Shown piece by piece: positions 11,021 through 20,377 of a stretch of 64,000 nucleotides of DNA. A model generated the notes under the pieces. That model searched no databases and had not been told where the DNA came from. It saw only the letters and a program-made list of their open reading frames with translations. The position numbers were made by a program, and so were the translations under genes. The stretch comes from PVC group bacterium. GTDB taxonomy: Bacteria > Verrucomicrobiota > Kiritimatiellia > CAIKKV01. Location: the NCBI GenBank assembly GCA_945898015.1, contig CAMDGM010000018.1, forward strand, positions 4,522 to 68,521, in the 5' to 3' direction. Within the stretch, counting starts at the first letter, position 1; the number at the start of each line of letters is the position of its first letter.

Positions 11021-13198
11021 TCACAGGCGGCCGGTCAGGCGTTCCTGAAGCCCTGTTCGCCTCTGGGTCATACGATTGTTTTTGATGGCTATATACACGG
11101 CTTTTCGAGATCCCACAAGACAAACCAGTTTTTTTCCGCGAGTGATGGCGGTATAAAGCAGGTTCCGTTGAAGGAGCTTGAAATGCTGGGTGGCCAGCAG
11201 GATGACGACCGCCTGATATTCGCTGCCCTGGGCTTTGTGGATCGAGCAGGCGTAAGCGAGATCCAGTTCGTCCAGTTCTCGCGTCTCGTAGGTCACCAGG
11301 GTGCCGTCGAAGTCGACGCCCACGATCTGCTTTTCCACGTCGATCGACCGGATAAGCCCGATGTCGCCGTTGAACACATTCTTGTCGTAATTGTTCCGGA
11401 TTTGAATAACCCGGTCTCCGGCGCGGTACCGCCGGCCGAATCGTTCGATATCCGGGCCGGTGGGGTTCAGCGCGTCTTGAAGAATGCGGTTGAGGTTTTC
11501 GGAGCCGAGCTGGTTTTTCCGCATGGGCGTCAACACCTGCACGTCGGAGCGGGGATTCAGTTTGAAGCGGGTGGGGATCCGGTCGGTCATCAGGCTGACC
11601 AGAGACCGGATGATGTCCTCGGGCTCCTCATGTTCGATGAAATAGAAATCGGACAAGCCCTTTTCGCGGGGCGGCAATTCCAACCCTTCGCCCTGATTCA
11701 CATGATGGGCGTTCAGGACAATCCAGCTGTTTTCGCCTTGCCGGAAAATGGTGTCGAGCCTGGCGCAGGGCACCGCCCGGGAATCAATCAGGTCGCGCAG
11801 GACGTTGCCGGGGCCCACGCTGGGAAGTTGGTCCACGTCGCCGACGAGCACGAGCCAGGTTTTGGAGGGCAGGGCTTTCAGGACATGGTGCATGAGCACG
11901 ATGTCGATCATCGAGGTTTCGTCGAGAATAAGGACATCGGCGGGAAGGGGTTGTTCGGGACCGTATTCGAATTGCCGCTTGGACGGATTGAATTTGAGCA
12001 GGCGGTGAAGCGTTTTGGCTTCCCGGCCAGTTGATTCCTCCAGCCGTTTTGCCGCCCGTCCGGTCGGGGCGGCCAGAAAAACCGCCATCCGTCGTGACTG
12101 GAAAGCATCGACCAGGGCCTTGACCATTGTGGTTTTCCCCACGCCGGGTCCGCCGGTGATAATCGAGACCTTGTTCATCAGCGCCATGCGCAGCGCGTCC
12201 CGTTGCCCCGGGGCGAAGGCGATTCCCATGCGCTGCTCCGCCCGCGCCAGCACGGCGTCCGGCGGATCCGCCAGCACGGCCGGCGTTTTCAGCAGGCGGC
12301 GGATATGAAACGCGACGCCCTTTTCCGCCTCGTACATGGCGGCCAGATAGAGGTGTCCTTTTTCCTCCACCAGATTACCCGCAGCGGTTTCGTCCGTGAC
12401 GGCTTGTTCCAGCTTTTCTTTGGCAATGCCCAGCAGGGCTTCGGCGGCTTCAATCAAGTCAGGTCGCGGGGTATAACAATCGCCTTCTTCGTTCAGCGTC
12501 TCCAGGACATGAATGACGCCGGCCCGGGCGCGCAACGGGGAATCGAAGGGAATGCCCAGCGTTGACGCGATCTTGTCGGCTGATTTGAAGCCGATGCCCC
12601 AGACGTCCCGGCTCAGCCGGTAGGGGTTGGCTTGCACCATCGCGATCGCCTGGTCGCCGTATTGCTTGTAAATCCGGTGGGCCTGAGCAATCCCCACGCT
12701 GTGGGATTGAAGGAAAATCATGATGTCCCGCACGGCCCGCTGTTCGTTCCAGGAACGGCGAATCTCCTCGCGCCGTTTTTCGCCGATCCCCTCCACTTCC
12801 CGGAGGCGGGCAGACTCCTTGTCGATGATGCGCAGGGTGTCGGTTCCGAACCGTTTCACCAACCGCTGGGCCATGACTTTGCCGATGCCTGGAATCAATC
12901 CGCTGCCCAGATATTTTTCGATACCGGCCGGATCCAGAGGCGCCACACAGGTGATCGAACCCGCGTCGAACTGGCTGCCGAATCGGGGATGCTGGATCCA
13001 ATGACCTTCGGCTTTAAGCAGTTCTCCCAGCCAGACGGCTCCGCATATGCCGGCCACAACGATTTCCGGAGCCTGTCGGGCCGGCTGAATGGCGCAGATT
13101 GTGAAACCGGTTTCCTCATTTCGGAAGACAATACGTTCCACCGTGCCGGTGACGATTTCCGGATCTTTGTCGCTGTGGTCGGTGGTGGTTATCGCCAT
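11021..13198 (-). CDS. recD2: RecD2-type SF1B ATP-dependent DNA helicase
   Basis: Walker A is ITGGPGVGKTT. Motif II is VLILDETSMID. LVGDVDQLPSVGPG and the C-terminal SIHKAQGSEY are also present. The start is uncertain: ATG at 13198 has an AGGAA about 9 nt upstream, and the ORF-track alternative is GTG at 13246. Confidence 0.9.
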   Translation of the reverse strand: MAITTTDHSDKDPEIVTGTVERIVFRNEETGFTICAIQPARQAPEIVVAGICGAVWLGELLKAEGHWIQHPRFGSQFDAGSITCVAPLDPAGIEKYLGSGLIPGIGKVMAQRLVKRFGTDTLRIIDKESARLREVEGIGEKRREEIRRSWNEQRAVRDIMIFLQSHSVGIAQAHRIYKQYGDQAIAMVQANPYRLSRDVWGIGFKSADKIASTLGIPFDSPLRARAGVIHVLETLNEEGDCYTPRPDLIEAAEALLGIAKEKLEQAVTDETAAGNLVEEKGHLYLAAMYEAEKGVAFHIRRLLKTPAVLADPPDAVLARAEQRMGIAFAPGQRDALRMALMNKVSIITGGPGVGKTTMVKALVDAFQSRRMAVFLAAPTGRAAKRLEESTGREAKTLHRLLKFNPSKRQFEYGPEQPLPADVLILDETSMIDIVLMHHVLKALPSKTWLVLVGDVDQLPSVGPGNVLRDLIDSRAVPCARLDTIFRQGENSWIVLNAHHVNQGEGLELPPREKGLSDFYFIEHEEPEDIIRSLVSLMTDRIPTRFKLNPRSDVQVLTPMRKNQLGSENLNRILQDALNPTGPDIERFGRRYRAGDRVIQIRNNYDKNVFNGDIGLIRSIDVEKQIVGVDFDGTLVTYETRELDELDLAYACSIHKAQGSEYQAVVILLATQHFKLLQRNLLYTAITRGKKLVCLVGSRKAVYIAIKNNRMTQRRTGLQERLTGRL

Positions 13199-13255
13199 TC
13201 CTGATATTCCTGATTCCCAGCCCGTGTAGACGTGACAGAATGTCACATATTCAAT

Positions 13256-13284
13256 TTGCGTTTTACCTTAGCATGAATCATAAT
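13256..13284 (+). promoter_or_regulatory. Sigma-70-type promoter candidate for the CsgG-like/HK/RR operon
   Basis: TTGCGT (13256-13261), a 17-nt spacer, then CATAAT (13279-13284). This is 36 nt upstream of ATG 13320, with GGAAAGGA as a possible RBS. Confidence 0.3.
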
Positions 13285-13319
13285 CCCTGAACAAGAGTGG
13301 ATAATGGAAAGGATCCTTC

Positions 13320-14318
13320 ATGGCTCAGATGAGCGCCCGGGATAACACCCGATCTCCGTTTAGGGGCTTTTTCTATAATGGATTGCTCTTGCTGGCAGTT
13401 TGGGTGACTGGCTGTGCAAGTCCTCCGTGCCTGATTCCGCCTCCGCCGGAACCGTTTGTCACCCGTTCCTTGAAGCCTGTGGTGGCGGTCTCGTCGTTTG
13501 ACAATCGCTCGGGTTTTGAAGGCCAGTGGCGGATCGGGGATGGTATTGCCGACCAACTGGTCGTGGAGCTGAAAAAATGCAAGCGCTATGAGGTGCTGGA
13601 GCGGCAGAAGCTGGACCTGGTGATTAGCGAGTTGACCCTGCAGAACAGTCCGCTCTTTCGGCATGAGGGCAAGGTCAACGCCGGACAGCTTAAGAATTGC
13701 CGGTTCCTGATCCGGGGCGAGATTAATGACTTTACGCATGTCGGCGGCGGTTCATTCATGGTGGCCATCCGCAAGCTGTTCTTGTTCGGTCGAGGCTATG
13801 TGGCCCGCGTATCGCTCAGCCTGACCGTGGTGGATGTCGAGACGGGCGTGATTGTCGGGTCTGTTGCCTGTGTGGGCGATGCCGGCGCCCGGGAAGCCGG
13901 GTTCGAGACCGAATACAAGAACGTCAATTTCGGCGGGGAAGCCTTTTATCGAACTCCGCTGGGATCTGCCACGCGCGAGGCTATTCGCAGCGGTGTGCGA
14001 CAGCTTCTGCGTGATATCCCGCTCCAGTTCTGGCAGCCGATGATCGCGTCGGTGGTGGATGGCGCGATCATTCTTAACGGTGGGACCGCTGAAGGGTTCG
14101 AGGTTGGCCGGGATTATCTCGTCCGCAAAAATGCTGTTCCCATTACGGACCCCGCCACGGGCGACCTGTTGAACTGGTTGCCCGGCGCGGTGGTGGGGAC
14201 CCTTCGGATCAGCGATGTGGCGGACCGGATTTCACGGGCCGTGCCGGTCAATGGCAGCGGATTCGCCCGGGGGCAATATCTGGAACGGGTCCCCGCGGTG
14301 CCGCAGGATCCCTTATGA
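13320..14318 (+). CDS. CsgG/HfaB-family outer-membrane lipoprotein-like protein
   Basis: Lipobox LLAVWVTGC. The core VVAVSSFDNRSGFEGQWRIGDGIADQLVVELKKCKRYEVLERQKLDLVISELTLQ matches the CsgG-family N-terminal pattern. An extra C-terminal beta-rich domain is present. Confidence 0.65.
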   Translation: MAQMSARDNTRSPFRGFFYNGLLLLAVWVTGCASPPCLIPPPPEPFVTRSLKPVVAVSSFDNRSGFEGQWRIGDGIADQLVVELKKCKRYEVLERQKLDLVISELTLQNSPLFRHEGKVNAGQLKNCRFLIRGEINDFTHVGGGSFMVAIRKLFLFGRGYVARVSLSLTVVDVETGVIVGSVACVGDAGAREAGFETEYKNVNFGGEAFYRTPLGSATREAIRSGVRQLLRDIPLQFWQPMIASVVDGAIILNGGTAEGFEVGRDYLVRKNAVPITDPATGDLLNWLPGAVVGTLRISDVADRISRAVPVNGSGFARGQYLERVPAVPQDPL

Positions 14319-15514
14319 AGGCCGGATTTCTCGACAAGTTGATGGATCGGATCGATCGGCTTGACCCCGAAAGCCTTCAGACCTATTTTCTCCGCCTGGC
14401 CCAGGAAAAAGGCTTGCTGGAGACGATTTTTCAGGCCATTCAGGAGGGCCTGCTCGTTCTGGATGGTGAGGGGCGCATCAGCTATGTCAACCGCGCGGCG
14501 GGCGATCTTCTTGGCATTGTGCCCGACGCCGTGAAGGGCCAGCACGTATCCCGCCATCTGCGCGAATTGGATTGGCAGAAGGTGATGCGATTCGACGGAG
14601 GCGAGTGGTCCCGCCTGGTCCGCCAGGAAATCGAAGTGACCTATCCGCGCCGCCGAATCGTGTCGCTGTATGTGGTGCCGCTGGTGATGGTTGAAAAGCG
14701 GGCCTCCGGCGCCGTGGTGATTTTGCGGGACGTGACACCCGAGCGTGAAAGCGCTGCGAGCCTGGTCGAGTCCGAGCGTGTCAACGCCGTCCAGCTTCTG
14801 GCCGCCGGTGTTGCCCATGAGATCGGAAACCCCTTGAATGCCTTGACCATCCATCTGCAGCTCATGGATCGGGAAATACGCGCTTTGCCGGAGGACGAAA
14901 AGCGAAGCAACCTGCTCGAGATGGCGGGGATCGCCCGGTCGGAGGTGGCTCGGCTGGATACGATCATTACCCAGTTCTTGCGCGCCATTCGTCCGTCGCG
15001 CCCGCAACTTGCCCCGACGCGGCTGGAGTCCACCCTGCAGGAGACGTTGAACCTGCTCAAGCAGGATATCGAGAATCGCGGCATCACGGTCAGCCTTAAT
15101 CTTCACGAGCCCCTGCCGACGCTGCCGGTGGACCGGGATCAGATCAAGCAGGCGTTTTTCAACGTGATGAAGAACGCGCTGGAAGCGTTGACTTCCGGGG
15201 GGCGGATCGACATCACGGTTTCAGCGAACGACATGGAGGTGGAGGTGACGTTTCAGGACAATGGGCCGGGACTGGAACCGGACGTCATGGGCCGTCTCTT
15301 TGAGCCGTATTTCACCACCAAGACCGCCGGAAACGGGTTGGGCTTGATGATTGTGCAACGAATCATGCAGGATCACGGCGGTCGTGTGGAGATCGCCAGT
15401 GAACCGGGGAAGGGCACCTCGGTCACGCTGTTCCTGCCACGTCATGCCCGTCGCCTTCGTCTCTTGGAAGCCCCGGCCGCTTCCAACGTCAATCCGGATA
15501 AGAAGGGGTTTTAA
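14315..15514 (+). CDS. PAS-domain sensor histidine kinase (NtrB/AtoS-like, cytoplasmic)
   Basis: H-box LAAGVAHEIGNPLNAL. N and G boxes are FFNVMKNALEA, DNGPGL and GNGLGLMIV. A PAS-like region (LLVLDGEGRISYVNRAA) is present. The start overlaps the upstream stop as ATGA. Confidence 0.85.
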   Translation: MKAGFLDKLMDRIDRLDPESLQTYFLRLAQEKGLLETIFQAIQEGLLVLDGEGRISYVNRAAGDLLGIVPDAVKGQHVSRHLRELDWQKVMRFDGGEWSRLVRQEIEVTYPRRRIVSLYVVPLVMVEKRASGAVVILRDVTPERESAASLVESERVNAVQLLAAGVAHEIGNPLNALTIHLQLMDREIRALPEDEKRSNLLEMAGIARSEVARLDTIITQFLRAIRPSRPQLAPTRLESTLQETLNLLKQDIENRGITVSLNLHEPLPTLPVDRDQIKQAFFNVMKNALEALTSGGRIDITVSANDMEVEVTFQDNGPGLEPDVMGRLFEPYFTTKTAGNGLGLMIVQRIMQDHGGRVEIASEPGKGTSVTLFLPRHARRLRLLEAPAASNVNPDKKGF

Positions 15515-16938
15515 TGGACGCCAAGCCTGTCATTTTGATTGTGGATGACGATAAAAACACCCGGGAAGGACTGGGCAAGGCCTTGCACTCCACGGCCGAG
15601 GTGTTACTTGCTGAAAATGGGGAGCGCGCCTTGGAATTGCTGGCCACCCATCCTGTTCGAATCATGATCAGCGACATGCGGATGCCCGGCATGGACGGGC
15701 TGTCGTTGATGCAGCGAGCCCTGGCGCATGCTCCGCAGCTTGCGGTGATCATGTTGACGGCTTACGGCAGCGTGGATTCCGCCGTGGAGGCCATGAAGCG
15801 GGGCGCCTCGGATTTTCTTCAGAAGCCGGTTGAGCTTGGCGAATTGGAGCAGCGCATCGCGAAGGCGCTTCGGGCGGTTCGCATGGAGGAAGAGAACGTC
15901 TCGCTCAAGGAACAATTGGACCAGAAGTTCGGCATGGAGAACATCATCGGCGAGTCGGCTCCCATGCGGGAAGTATTCGATATTATACGCCAGGCGGCGC
16001 CCACGTCCGCCACCATCCTGATTCAGGGGGAAAGCGGAACCGGCAAGGAGCTCGTCGCCCACGCGATTCATCGTTTGAGCACCCGTTCCAAGGGCCCGTT
16101 TGTTGCCGTGCATTGCGCGGCGCTGGCTCCGACTTTGCTCGAAAGCGAATTGTTCGGGCACGAGAAGGGATCGTTTACCGGCGCGACCGAGCGGCGAATT
16201 GGCCGGTTCGAAAGGGCCGATGGCGGAACGCTCTTTTTGGACGAGGTGTCCGAGGTTGATCCCGGCATACAGACCAAGCTCTTGCGCGTGCTTGAGGAAC
16301 GACAGTTTGAACGGGTGGGGGGGCGGGCCTCGGTGGAGGTGGATATCCGGCTTATCACGGCGACCAATCGTAATTTGAAGGCGATGGTGGAAGAAGGCCG
16401 TTTTCGGAATGATTTGTTTTTCCGTCTCGATGTGGTGACGGTCACTGTTCCTCCTTTGAGGGACCGCATGGAAGATGTTCCCCTCTTGTGCCGCAGCCTT
16501 CTGCGGGAGTTTGCGGAGAAGGACAACCGCGCGGTGCGAGACCTGACTCCCGACGCCCTTAATCTCCTCATGCAATACGCGTGGCCCGGGAATGTTCGTG
16601 AATTGCGCAACACGATTGAACGCATGGTGGTGCTGACCCGGGGTGATAAACTGACGCTCCGGGATGTTCCTCCTGCGATCCGGGCCTCGGTTGAATCCCG
16701 CGGCCCCCAGCCGGGCATTTCCCTTTCGATAGGCGGACAGGCCGCCGTGCGGTCTTTGGACGAGACCGAGAAAATGATGATTTTGAACGCGTTGCGAAAG
16801 TGTGAGGGGAATAAGTCGAAAGCGGCGCAGGAATTGGGGATCAGCCGTCGCACCTTGCATCGCAAATTGAACCAGTACAAGGCCGATGACCGCCCCGCGG
16901 GGGGCGATTCAACCGCCGGAGGAAAGCAAAATGAGTAA
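15514..16938 (+). CDS. Sigma-54-dependent response regulator (NtrC family)
   Basis: Receiver domain ILIVDDD...ISDMRMPGMDG. The AAA+ domain has GESGTGKE, GSFTGA (GAFTGA variant) and FLDEV. The C-terminal HTH is AAQELGISRRTLHRKL. The start overlaps the kinase stop as TAATG. Confidence 0.95.
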   Translation: MDAKPVILIVDDDKNTREGLGKALHSTAEVLLAENGERALELLATHPVRIMISDMRMPGMDGLSLMQRALAHAPQLAVIMLTAYGSVDSAVEAMKRGASDFLQKPVELGELEQRIAKALRAVRMEEENVSLKEQLDQKFGMENIIGESAPMREVFDIIRQAAPTSATILIQGESGTGKELVAHAIHRLSTRSKGPFVAVHCAALAPTLLESELFGHEKGSFTGATERRIGRFERADGGTLFLDEVSEVDPGIQTKLLRVLEERQFERVGGRASVEVDIRLITATNRNLKAMVEEGRFRNDLFFRLDVVTVTVPPLRDRMEDVPLLCRSLLREFAEKDNRAVRDLTPDALNLLMQYAWPGNVRELRNTIERMVVLTRGDKLTLRDVPPAIRASVESRGPQPGISLSIGGQAAVRSLDETEKMMILNALRKCEGNKSKAAQELGISRRTLHRKLNQYKADDRPAGGDSTAGGKQNE

Positions 16939-18004
16939 AGTCGTTCGGCAAATGGTGATGATCAGTGTCGCCGTCTTTCTGGCTTGGCCGGCGGTTTCCG
17001 AGAATGCTTTACGGACTGACGAGGGTTCGGCCATTCGTGCTCCGGGCGCCGAAGAACGCATGGGTCAGGCCTATGTGCTGATTACGAAAGCCGATCAGGC
17101 GCGCCAGGAGGGCAATCCGAAAGGCGCAAAAGAAGGTTACGAAGAAGCGCTTGGAATCCTGGACGGGCTTGAGCGGGACTATCCGGGGTGGTATAGCCAG
17201 GTGGTTCGCCATCGCATCCTGGTTTGCGAAAGCGCGCTCGAGCAGATTCAGGATGGAACGCCTGCGGTCCAGGTTGACGGGGTGGAGCCCGCTGATAATG
17301 CCGGGTCGAATGCCCTTGCGGCGGTTTCTTTTCCGCTTTCCGCTGAATCCGCAGAGCGTGTCCGCCGAGTGCTCCGCGCTGGTAGCGAGGAGCGGGAGCG
17401 CACCCTTTCCGATTTACGCGAGGAGATTCTTGATCTCAAGAAACAGATCCGGAAGCTCACGGGACAACTCGCCATGGGGGAGGGAAAAAAGGCCTCGGCG
17501 GGCGGCCGTTTGACGACTTATCCTGACGTTCTAAAGACGGAGGTTCGTCGACGGATCGAAGCGGGCTCCTATTCTAATGCGGTGGCCCTGCTCAACGAGA
17601 TGATGGTGTTGATCCCGGAGGATTTGGAGGTTTCCCGTCTGCTGGGGGTGGCCTATTGCCGACAGGGCTCCTTTGATGAGGCCGTTCGCGTTGTCGAACC
17701 TCTGGTCAAGCGGGGCCGGGCGCCGGCGGATGTCTGGCTCACCTTGGGAGTCGCTTATCTTGGCATCGGGAATTTGGGGCGAGCCCGGCATGCGTTCGAA
17801 AAAGCGCTGGATCGCGACCCGGTCCTAAGTGACGCGCATTTCAATCTTGCCCAGATTCTGATCCGGCTGAAGCCGCCCGAGGCGGAACCGGCCCGACGGC
17901 ATTACATGACGGCCTTACAGCTGGGGTCGACCCGTGATTCAGGCTTGGAAACGGCCATAAATCAGGCGTTGCTGCAAGAGCAGGCGCAAAATTTGAAGCG
18001 ATAA
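16931..18004 (+). CDS. Secreted/anchored TPR-repeat protein with central coiled-coil
   Basis: Start at MSKVVRQMVMISVAVFLAWPAVS (signal or anchor). The coiled-coil is LSDLREEILDLKKQIRKLTGQL. C-terminal TPR units are LGVAYCRQGSFDEAV...LGVAYLGIGNLGRARHAFEKALDRDP. Confidence 0.7.
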   Translation: MSKVVRQMVMISVAVFLAWPAVSENALRTDEGSAIRAPGAEERMGQAYVLITKADQARQEGNPKGAKEGYEEALGILDGLERDYPGWYSQVVRHRILVCESALEQIQDGTPAVQVDGVEPADNAGSNALAAVSFPLSAESAERVRRVLRAGSEERERTLSDLREEILDLKKQIRKLTGQLAMGEGKKASAGGRLTTYPDVLKTEVRRRIEAGSYSNAVALLNEMMVLIPEDLEVSRLLGVAYCRQGSFDEAVRVVEPLVKRGRAPADVWLTLGVAYLGIGNLGRARHAFEKALDRDPVLSDAHFNLAQILIRLKPPEAEPARRHYMTALQLGSTRDSGLETAINQALLQEQAQNLKR

Positions 18005-18027
18005 AGCGGGCGAAAGGGAATGCGAAA

Positions 18028-18471
18028 ATGCCGGGCAAGGAGTGCAGGATCAATGCGGAGAGGGTGTCCGCTCGACGCGGCGCCGCGTTGATTCTTGCTT
18101 TGGCGGCATTGGCCCTGGTGGCGACGTTGTTGGCTGTGGGTGGCGCTCGCGTGCAAGGGCTAAACGCCGAGCAGGGTCGCGTCAATCGCCAGGCCCGGTT
18201 GCATGCGGCCGTGTGGGATGCGGCCTGGAGTCGTCTTTTGTCCGCGTCACGGACCGCCGATGGTCTTCCCGTATCGGCCTTGCGGGAGACGCCAGATGGG
18301 GTCAAAACCTCGGTTTCTGTTCAGCGGATGAGCGGAACCCGTCGCGGTGAACAGTTGCGGTTTTCCCTGTCCACCACTGTGGAATTTGAGCGCGCCCGGC
18401 GGGAAGCCTGGAGCCTGGTTCAGCGAAATGAGTCGGGCGATTATCGGATTTTAACCTGGGTGGAACGGTGA
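18028..18471 (+). CDS. Hypothetical N-terminally anchored protein (possible GspK/minor-pseudopilin-like)
   Basis: 147 aa. The N-terminus RRGAALILALAALALVATLLAV resembles the RG-x-ALI-hydrophobic N-termini of secretion-system pseudopilin-like proteins. There is no other recognisable motif. Confidence 0.35.
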   Translation: MPGKECRINAERVSARRGAALILALAALALVATLLAVGGARVQGLNAEQGRVNRQARLHAAVWDAAWSRLLSASRTADGLPVSALRETPDGVKTSVSVQRMSGTRRGEQLRFSLSTTVEFERARREAWSLVQRNESGDYRILTWVER

Positions 18472-19826
18472 GTATGGATGTGTGTCGGGAAACGTGTGAA
18501 TGGACGGACCGCTGCTATGGCGTCGATGAAACGCCCGCCGGGCCGGTCGTGGTTTTGGCCGTCCGGCAGGGTCGGAAAGTTGTTGTGGAAGAGGTGGCGG
18601 CATGGCCCGTTCAGGGGCCTTATGCCGTCGCCGCCGGTTTGACGGAAAAGGAGGCCTGGGTCCGCCGTCTACAGACGCCGCTACGGTCAAAAAGCAAGGT
18701 GCTTCGGGTTCTGCCCGGTCTTCTGGAGGCGCAACTTCCGTTTGGCATCGACGAATGCATGGTGTCGTGCGTTCGCTTATTTCGGTCGCCTAAGACGACG
18801 GGTTTGACCGCGGTGGTGGCGGTGGTCCGGCGGACGGATTTGCAAAGCCGTTTGGGCCGGTCAGTGGCGGAGGGACGAGAGCCCCATGTTCTGGATCAGG
18901 AAGGGCTTGCGTTGTGGACCCAGGCCGCTGACGAATGTCCGCCTCATCAGGCGGATGAGTTAAGGGTTGTGATTTATCTGGGCCTTGACCGCGCCACGCT
19001 GGTGTTCGGGCGCGGATCGGAGTGGATGTCCACCCAAGGGCTTCGGCGGTTTGAGCCCGGCCAGGTCATCCGGCAGGCAAAGCTAATCTTTGATGGTGAT
19101 CCCCGTCCGGTCTTCTGGATTTGGACGGGACCTGGCGCCGGTGATGCAACGGCGATGGAAAGCATCCGCCGCATCATGGATCGCTCAGAACCGGTTCAAG
19201 AGAGGGTTATGAAGGATCCTCGCACGGTCCTTGCCCGGGCGTACGCGGTTCGCGCTCTGACGCCCGGTCCGTTGCGTTGCGATTTTCGAATGGACTCGTT
19301 TGCGCATGGTGACGTTCAGCGACTTCGCATTCGGCGGGAGTTCTCCACGGCGATGATCTGGCTGGTCGCGGGTGTCATCCTTCTGTCGATTGGCATGGGT
19401 TGGAAAGGATGGCTGGAGAAACGCGAAGCCAGGGCTCGGCAGGCTGTGGCTGGCCGGGCGCGTGCCGTGATGACCCGGTTGGGCGGCGGGCAGGCGATCA
19501 ATCCTGGCTATGAAATTCGGTCGGTGTCCAACGCCTTGGCCGGTGTGGAAGCCCAGTATGCGCCCTTTGTTCGGGCCGTGTCGCCCTCGCGCAGCCGGGC
19601 GCTTGGCCGGATTTTGATGGCCGCCCGGGAAGGGAATATCATTTTGTACCGGGTGGCTTGGGAGGATACGAGGCTGAAGGTTGAGGGGGTTGGGGCGTCG
19701 GAAATGGCGTGCCGGGCATTTGTTCGCCTGGTTGAAGCGGAAGCCGGTTTGACGACGGTCTGTCGGACAACGAAGAAGGATGAGCATGGATTTCGATTTG
19801 TCATGGAAACGACTGGGGCGCGGTGA
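18468..19826 (+). CDS. Hypothetical bitopic protein, GspL-like (PilM-like cytoplasmic domain + TM + PilN-like periplasmic domain)
   Basis: 452 aa. It has a single TM (MIWLVAGVILLSIGMGW) near residue 295. The N-terminal part has actin-fold-like strands (YGVD..., VVIYLGLDRATLVF). The C-terminal part is alpha/beta (ILYRVAWEDTRLKVEGVGAS...FVRLVE). The start overlaps the upstream stop as GTGA, and an alternative ATG lies at 18474. Confidence 0.4.
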   Translation: MSMDVCRETCEWTDRCYGVDETPAGPVVVLAVRQGRKVVVEEVAAWPVQGPYAVAAGLTEKEAWVRRLQTPLRSKSKVLRVLPGLLEAQLPFGIDECMVSCVRLFRSPKTTGLTAVVAVVRRTDLQSRLGRSVAEGREPHVLDQEGLALWTQAADECPPHQADELRVVIYLGLDRATLVFGRGSEWMSTQGLRRFEPGQVIRQAKLIFDGDPRPVFWIWTGPGAGDATAMESIRRIMDRSEPVQERVMKDPRTVLARAYAVRALTPGPLRCDFRMDSFAHGDVQRLRIRREFSTAMIWLVAGVILLSIGMGWKGWLEKREARARQAVAGRARAVMTRLGGGQAINPGYEIRSVSNALAGVEAQYAPFVRAVSPSRSRALGRILMAAREGNIILYRVAWEDTRLKVEGVGASEMACRAFVRLVEAEAGLTTVCRTTKKDEHGFRFVMETTGAR

Positions 19827-20337
19827 ACGGGCTTGGATTCCGTTTCTGCGCCTATTGGCTCTGGCGGCCTGGATGATGGGATTGCTGGTGCTGGTGCAGG
19901 CGGGGGTCCGCAGCCGTGAAACGCCGGAGCGGGTACGGTCTCGCCTGGGCGAGCTGAACGTGTTGGCGGCTCAGGACGCCCGTTTGTCGGTTTGGCAGGG
20001 TGCCGCCGAATCGTTCACGAGCCAAGTCCATTCGGCGAAGCCGTATGATCTTCCGGGGCAAGCGGCCCAGGCGGTTGGTGGTCCTGAGACCAATCAGGTG
20101 CGGGAGTTATCCCGAACCCGGGTTGCGGGCGGGTGGGACGTGGTGCGTGTCCAGGTTCGCGCAGAAAACATGACGCTGGCGGCGTTGAGCCCGTTGATCG
20201 AGGGAGGCGAGTCGGCCGATCCGCCTTGGCGGTTGGTCTCTTTTTCTGTCGAGCCGCTTTCACCGAAGCCGGGGCGGGGGCGGGTAGAGTTGGACTTTGA
20301 GACCTTGATGCGCGTGCAATCCGCGGACACACGGTAG
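19780..20337 (+). CDS. Hypothetical bitopic protein, GspM/PilO-like
   Basis: 185 aa. The N-terminal TM (FLRLLALAAWMMGLLVLV) is followed by a coiled segment and a small C-terminal domain ending WRLVSFSVEP...GRGRVELDFETL. The assignment rests on architecture and context only. Confidence 0.35.
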   Translation: MSMDFDLSWKRLGRGERAWIPFLRLLALAAWMMGLLVLVQAGVRSRETPERVRSRLGELNVLAAQDARLSVWQGAAESFTSQVHSAKPYDLPGQAAQAVGGPETNQVRELSRTRVAGGWDVVRVQVRAENMTLAALSPLIEGGESADPPWRLVSFSVEPLSPKPGRGRVELDFETLMRVQSADTR

Positions 20338-20377
20338 CCGTGACCTGACGTGCCTTCCTGCAGGGGGCGACCGCCGG

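Noticed and set aside
15604-16860. 418-aa ORF antisense to the NtrC-type regulator.
   Set aside because: It lies entirely within, and opposite to, a gene with unambiguous receiver, AAA+ and HTH motifs. Its composition is Arg/Gly/Pro/His-rich and low-complexity, typical of high-GC shadow ORFs.
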